This document shows positions 55,801 to 59,298 of a stretch of 59,298 bases of DNA, piece by piece. The position numbers and the translations under genes are program-made. The first letter of the stretch is position 1, and each line of letters starts with the position of its first letter. This stretch comes from a virus (Duplodnaviria; Caudoviricetes). Location of the stretch: positions 1-59,298 of IMG/VR virus record IMGVR_UViG_3300009508_000017; one strand, written 5' to 3'. The notes below the pieces were generated by a model that worked only from the letters and a program-made list of their open reading frames with translations, had not been told where the DNA came from and searched no databases.

Positions 55801-58800
55801 CCACCTTTTAGGGCATCTTGAAAAGCCTGGTTTTTTCCACTTAATGCAATCTCTTCGTGCATTCTTTGGAGAACGTGTCTGTATTCCTGCGTGGTAATAG
55901 ACTGAGGAACGGGGCCTCCAGAAAGAAAAGTATTAATTGGACTTGTTGGATCTAGTGTAATGTCTAGCCCTTCAAGCATTCCTGCTTGGTTCTTGTATTT
56001 AGGCTGCATTGAGGATAAATCCGAGTGGCTCATCTCAAAACCATAAATTTTTTGTAGCTTAGCTAATCTTTTTGTTAAGAGTTGTAAGTTTTGTAGTGCT
56101 TCTTTCCTCGCTTCATCAGTTAGAGGAATTGTTCCCTCTTCAACTAAAGGAAAAACTTTAGATCTTACTAGGTTCTTTCCTACTCTCTGAACCCTGTAAC
56201 TAGCAGGGCTTGCATATGCTAAGATGTCAAAGGCTTTGTAAGAATTTACAGTAAAACCATCTTTAGCACTGTATAACTCTCCTCCAAAATAAAACTTTTC
56301 TCCCTTTTTAAAGAAAACATCCTTTGCAAAGTTCTTTGGAGCAACCCTTCCACTGTCTAACCCGTCTTGAATAGTATTTATACTTTCTATGAGTTCTCTT
56401 TCTGTATAAAGTGCATAATCAAGAACAAACCGGTCGGTGTTGTTGTACCTAGAACCTCCCACCATTTCTGTGTCTATTTCACCCATTCTTTCTGCTATTC
56501 TAGAATTCGTTAAATTGATAGCTAGGTGCGTTGAGGGTAGGAGTTCTGTCTTTTGTATGGAAGGTTCCGTGTCCATAATCTTCCTCCTGTCAGCTGTAGA
56601 AACTCCTAATTCTGACTCCAGGTCAGCAAATGTTACATTTTTCCTTAACTTTTTATCTTTTGTCAGGCTTCTGATAGCTTGCCATACTTTTTTAGTCTGG
56701 ATGTCGTTCTTTTTCGCAGCCAGGTTAGCAGCAGTAGTGTTAGATAGTTTAACAAGAGATTGCTTTTTACCTGGTGCTTTTTCTAAACCTAAGGCTTTGA
56801 GGATTTCTTTTTGCTTTTGCTCAAACTCAAGCATTGCTGGAAGTTTCTGCACTCTTCTTCTTCTGGAGTTCTTGTTCCTTTCAGCAAATTTTTCATATTC
56901 TGTAATCAGACCATAAACACCGTATTTCTTTTCAAGATCACTTTTCTTTTTCGGGTCATCTTTTACTTCATCGCTAAGCCTCGTATACACCCCACTCATA
57001 CGGCTAATTTTTTCTAAAAGAACCGCAGTCACAGTAGCACCTTCATCTATTTTAAAGTAAGAAGATTCTTTTGGACCGTATTGTGTTTGAATAGTCTCCC
57101 CTGCACGCATCATTGCAAGAGCACTGAGTATGCGGGCTTGATAGACGTTGTAATCCTGGCCGGTCTCACGTTGAAATTCGGCAGCGTTTTCGGGAAGCAT
57201 GTTCCAATCAAAATTGTCTGCTAGTTTAGCGAGCTCTTGTTTTCCATTTATGGTAAAAGTGCCTTTGCTTTCGCCCTTAGCATAAACAACATTTAACTTA
57301 TCAAAAGAAGCTAAATCTGAAAGTGTAATCATGTCTCCTGGCTTGCCGTCTCTACTTGCAATCCTGAGATCTCCAAAATTGATTCCTTTTAGTTTTTTGT
57401 CGTCTGGTTTAAAGTTAATGAGAACTGGAGTATTTCTTATGTCAATGAGCTCAGTTGCAGCTCCCATAGAACCTTTTACTTCTCTTATGTTTTCTACTTT
57501 CTTAACACCTGTTTCAATTCTTTCTCTAGCTCTAGCGATGTTATCTCTAGTCTTTCTGTTCTTAATCCCAGTTATCTTTTGAACTAGTGGCTTAAGATTC
57601 TCTACATCATTTATTAAAGCCTGTGCTTTTTGAACATTTTTAGAAGTCTGGCCTTTTCCACCAGGTTCTTTTACTAGCCAATCCAGTTTAGGAACAAAAC
57701 CAGTAATTTCTTCGTTAGAGTCTAACTCTTTTAACACAGGGCCGCTTAGAAACTTAGATAGAGCTTTTGAAACTTCTTCTATTTCCGTATCTTTAGAGAC
57801 CGTTAAAGTGTCTGTAAGAAAATCTTCCAACTGTCTGCCTGTGCCTAATGCGTCTTTTTCATCAAGTTTAAAATTACCAAGAGCACTCTTTAAAGAAGTT
57901 ACCGTTTTAGCGATTCCTTCAGAAGAATCTACAGTACTTTCTTCCTCCATGTCTTTGATAAGCTTTCTTTCAGCAGCAACTCCGGCTTCGAGGCTCTCCA
58001 TTTTATCCTGTAAGAGTTCGACTTTCTTACCCATTTCTTCATTGCCGTACATTTCGTAGGCTTCTTCTATTGATTTTATATCAATAGAATCTGAATCAGA
58101 AAGAGCGCCTCTAGCCCTGCTAAGGGCAGCGTCTGTTAGTGCAGTAAGGCCAGCTTTGTCTGCAACCATTTCAAAGATTTCTTCTGTAGTTACCCTTCCT
58201 TTTTTCTGAAATAGCTTTTCAACATCAGGTAGTAACTCATTTAATAGCTCTTTATCGCTAGTTTCTATGATCTTTTTCACAGCCCTATCAACGTCTTTAA
58301 AACTCTTCCCTTGTTCTTTTAGGAGTTTGTTCGTTCCTTCGATATCGGCTATTATTTTTAAATTCCTTTGCTCGGAATAGTCGACCTCTTCATTTGGGTC
58401 TGCTACCTTTTGGCCTGCTCTGTTCTTAGACGTCTTTGGTTTAAAGGTGTCTGTCTTGTTGTCATACTTTTGACCAACATTAAAATCTAGTTCTTCCTGT
58501 GCAATTCTTTCGTCAGCAGCTTGTTCATAGCCAGTTGTGGTGCTTTTGTAATCTTCTTGAAGCTGTACTGCTTCTGCAATTGAATAGATTTCGCCTTTGA
58601 AGCGTATGTCCTTTGCTCCTCTAGACTCGGTAGGAGCGGCTGCCTTGATAGCTTTCTCTAACTTTTTTTGGTTTTGTAAAGCATCTATGTAAGTACTTTC
58701 TGCAGGCTCTCCCTTTAAACCGGTAGGGTCTGTCTTTAAACTTTTGAGCTTCTGTTTTCTGTCTGACTTGGCCATCTCATTGAGGATGATCCTTTTACGA

Positions 58801-59298
58801 GTTGCTCGCTGTTCTTCAGTGTACGCTTGCGGCTCGCTCGGACCCTTTCCAAGTCTTTCTTTTCTTATCCTGGAAGTGCCTGTTTCAATAGCTTGTTCTA
58901 CATCTTGGTCCTGGAGTAATCCGAGATCGTCGTCTGCGTTTACTGGAGGTTTTAAGCGGTATGCTTCTCCTAGAGGAGAAAACTGATCAGGAGTTGCTGT
59001 GATTTCAACTCTGTCTTTTAACATGGCATCGGTGTTTAAAACCATACCTATGTCTTTTAAAAATTGTTCTTCGCTGAGAAGTTTATTCCTCATACTACCT
59101 AAAGCATTATAGTCACTTTGTTGGGATCTTCGATCTGCTTTACCAGGTCCTTTATAGACCAGTTGGTTGTTTGGACTTACTGCAAATTGCATCCACTCTA
59201 AAATCTGAGCATCCATGTCTTCTGGAGCTGTTTTCTCTGAGCGAGTGCCTGTGTCTCCGTCCTGCATTGGGATGCCAGAAACGTCTTCTCCAACTGGC
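49821..59298 (-). CDS. Giant internal virion/ejection-type protein (>3148 aa, 5' truncated), LPD38-like C-terminus
   Basis: The frame stays open to the window edge (PVGEDVSGIPM...). C-terminal FWLRNPLRD, TVDFNKRG, FFNPSVQG and VPIGYG motifs. Confidence 0.75.
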   Translation of the reverse strand, partial: PVGEDVSGIPMQDGDTGTRSEKTAPEDMDAQILEWMQFAVSPNNQLVYKGPGKADRRSQQSDYNALGSMRNKLLSEEQFLKDIGMVLNTDAMLKDRVEITATPDQFSPLGEAYRLKPPVNADDDLGLLQDQDVEQAIETGTSRIRKERLGKGPSEPQAYTEEQRATRKRIILNEMAKSDRKQKLKSLKTDPTGLKGEPAESTYIDALQNQKKLEKAIKAAAPTESRGAKDIRFKGEIYSIAEAVQLQEDYKSTTTGYEQAADERIAQEELDFNVGQKYDNKTDTFKPKTSKNRAGQKVADPNEEVDYSEQRNLKIIADIEGTNKLLKEQGKSFKDVDRAVKKIIETSDKELLNELLPDVEKLFQKKGRVTTEEIFEMVADKAGLTALTDAALSRARGALSDSDSIDIKSIEEAYEMYGNEEMGKKVELLQDKMESLEAGVAAERKLIKDMEEESTVDSSEGIAKTVTSLKSALGNFKLDEKDALGTGRQLEDFLTDTLTVSKDTEIEEVSKALSKFLSGPVLKELDSNEEITGFVPKLDWLVKEPGGKGQTSKNVQKAQALINDVENLKPLVQKITGIKNRKTRDNIARARERIETGVKKVENIREVKGSMGAATELIDIRNTPVLINFKPDDKKLKGINFGDLRIASRDGKPGDMITLSDLASFDKLNVVYAKGESKGTFTINGKQELAKLADNFDWNMLPENAAEFQRETGQDYNVYQARILSALAMMRAGETIQTQYGPKESSYFKIDEGATVTAVLLEKISRMSGVYTRLSDEVKDDPKKKSDLEKKYGVYGLITEYEKFAERNKNSRRRRVQKLPAMLEFEQKQKEILKALGLEKAPGKKQSLVKLSNTTAANLAAKKNDIQTKKVWQAIRSLTKDKKLRKNVTFADLESELGVSTADRRKIMDTEPSIQKTELLPSTHLAINLTNSRIAERMGEIDTEMVGGSRYNNTDRFVLDYALYTERELIESINTIQDGLDSGRVAPKNFAKDVFFKKGEKFYFGGELYSAKDGFTVNSYKAFDILAYASPASYRVQRVGKNLVRSKVFPLVEEGTIPLTDEARKEALQNLQLLTKRLAKLQKIYGFEMSHSDLSSMQPKYKNQAGMLEGLDITLDPTSPINTFLSGGPVPQSITTQEYRHVLQRMHEEIALSGKNQAFQDALKGGYTTGKMFDPYNTASVQAAKGADARMKLGVRELTPTSDKKIIDTLVDTVLRVNRRKETEQAFNDYDPNGLDWAMDLGKEYVEMLADGDLRLPPSRRGILYKGRWIDDLKTILNTPAYKKIWDEQQAENRRLAESTGLPMALDLHGEKSDVVRRAIEMNFEDNRQIHHDVRNHLEGEIAQEKKRYNKDGRLEVTVNPVSRTKLLKGTRTKLPKDESGKVRVFWNPELEVPRTAYIKEAVSGTQFVNEVKASLARNDAVIIAAREKIHINGYTYTAKRNIDISSQEAKDIQEIFNQHLQQGWVREEADINQIVGVLERHSSFTRSKKRAHNDSKKVTIYHSEVENIKDRKIALIEKLKDSGKNTLAVNEGIKELELELEVLKSFREGKSTNLKDWRFRWFQGNEVMETTLVKEGKELIIKINEKGSFEKLGKNGRYYKVSEEVNNSLLSEYAYSNYIKPEEEVGRTVGGKVRNDISLSQTITNLSSLKLTARQLVQAIIEMGGIKNIGLLDGSHNKYYADAQGGIALLKYITHAPDILLNKLEESGALEKAQESLEKQIKFLDKKELRESYGVRRELAYLKERLAQVVTDRESKIPLSTKVLLNYVASFRLDQAKKMKPVVAEKKGLGKKDIDAINTLIQNQAQESLYVATLEKKYRHGQVIKVGVIPAEKDDKGKTIRKAFPAYARVHVDENMKRSESIGDSKHSKWSFSDFTNQEENAPRNIGGLEVRWPAYKKAQKDNKEGKQEESKDNETEKEKPETTFAFPYRLEIIYDESQIESTFRQAEQESFLSFEKGDKARLETINELLSQLENTDMASAEAKQLQMQSKFAKNLFYLESDNEFYNNIMGDMKKPNSKYMQAKLQALQDAVFNMGGLQLTSAEDMAASEAKTIKDAQVNRGVDEQGFNEDGTEQENTEGEVVDPEASPGSDTSDAFGSFDSVNRDKDVGTAHEQDNYLGSYESKMFSRPGSLNALSKLASSFTSKYTEWREKAKNPVTPPNELDINIGQRGPKKFTGVYGKLVEQFGPWMQAQEHIIEKLGYDKKGQDAKRLRLYDTFYSQMGVAGDLLDEGQRAYINPISDALYDSKAELEDIGYYMYALVAPQANAAIRKSRQDLGKEALVDDEGADTGSGMSNKEAKKIIQDLETKPDLVKFIKHRNNPVKLMFDMHKKSLDLQYEAEMLDKKSKERMEAAATVASKGYDKDLHTIEGLNFGTFRRLPLQGFLGMEDQYARQEEQHDLLGSGDAKGRGFDMPHGAVYQKSATGRSMLADPLTIFAHTTQGYQDAVIRSTRAKSAQAINQVHTELLNAKIENKDSAAGKLYDVLFREPKEGIKMTSKLIENSDGETLFDIQEMKFSAEVLDSGRALFVREDGRPKVIMFADTEQGNLLASSAKNMTYEQLGQVLSTVNISTKYLSKIRTSYSPEFWLRNPLRDVTNAWFNLDSDSELKVIKNKVANPINFHKHAGDIFAYEKSLDEYGKAPNGYAEMDNDSLFQLAKSDMGAAYHVLKKLGGKTAFYKFNEIRELLKQNEKASKTPRKGGKIVKPIRVMTSFVDNLNTSLENVLRARVIMHGLQEGIDIKTLIPASRNVTVDFNKRGTWSQQLGVLIQFFNPSVQGNRVFAKSLKKRGLQSSLVLGGKVIRYSLAYNLLMRALTGRDDDEEDDKSTYFDDVSEHARYTSVVVPHSLFSDDKTPGHTTVPIGYGPHGLWAMGDFLSKQLMTGGRDIVKDSLQFVKVMSQTYSPYAPTSLSESVPVPALQGLFQIGMNEQWNGNTVYKEFSGSETASPSILSKRNTPQIYKNISDGINSAAGGNNVVPGNLLSMMTFSDPLKYVGTESLTLGGGWSGSGLQWWTDFLGGSLATGFMSTLNMFTDDPQEMQLPVVKGIVKMRGSSFKTYNEYNSLKTRAQQAKSSLDSMDPADKAQFLKSNSHYLKIIKAFEASENAMKMYRRRREALEKQDQKDERIIQQMDKLEDMRDNIQRRSIGMARDMGIAL

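Larger units (their letters stand above)
1..59298. mobile_element. Temperate tailed bacteriophage genome fragment (podovirus-like)
   Basis: Portal, major capsid, scaffold, nozzle-like protein, PolA, primase-helicase, rIIA/rIIB, integrase and attP are present. No host housekeeping genes, and no tape-measure or sheath gene was recognised. Confidence 0.95.

Noticed and set aside
24136-58986. Many 60-160 aa plus-strand ORFs in the virion module, and similar antisense ORFs elsewhere
   Set aside because: They are antisense to long motif-bearing genes, with Ser/Leu/Phe-rich shadow composition.
49821-59298. N4- or crAss-type virion RNA polymerase
   Set aside because: The size fits, but I saw no T7-like motifs A/B/C and no convincing DxDxD catalytic loop. 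The missing N-terminus cannot be judged.
1-59298. Alternative genetic code or diversity-generating retroelement
   Set aside because: Genes are intact and densely packed under code 11 with all three stop codons used. No reverse transcriptase or adenine-variable repeat pair was seen.

Overview
This is a 59.3-kb fragment of a tailed dsDNA bacteriophage, probably podovirus-like and temperate. It appears to be the excised/virion form, because the attP is intact. There are four modules. (1) 1-9.6 kb is a leftward AT-rich early/accessory region: AAA_33 kinase, rIIA, rIIB, HhH glycosylase-like, GP88-like, a very acidic first gene and many small unknowns. (2) 9.6-11.2 kb is a control region with three ribbon-helix-helix genes, a Xis-like gene and an iteron/inverted-repeat array. 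(3) 11.2-21.9 kb is a rightward replication module: RuvC-like resolvase, SF2 helicase, split Cas4-like DUF2800 nuclease, SSB-like, family A polymerase, dNMP kinase and primase-helicase. It is followed by a tyrosine integrase and an attP carrying the 3' half of tRNA-Tyr(GUA). (4) 23.8-59.3 kb is a leftward virion module: nozzle, repeat proteins, adaptor, DUF4043/N4-type major capsid, scaffold, portal and a >3148-aa internal protein. The most striking inferred system is a beta-strand-complementation fibre. A 117-aa stand-alone fibronectin-III domain lacks its first (A) strand, and the adjacent 1229-aa protein carries about 45 tandem 12-residue copies of an A-strand-like peptide (P-x-A-P-x-x-V-x-V). 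A 1813-aa adhesin-like protein begins with another A-less Fn3-like domain and carries six more such peptides. Also notable are a strand-polarised TGATAGT heptamer concentrated in the early region and a split nuclease gene with a possible translational-bypass signature. All family calls come from reading motifs by eye; no searches were run.
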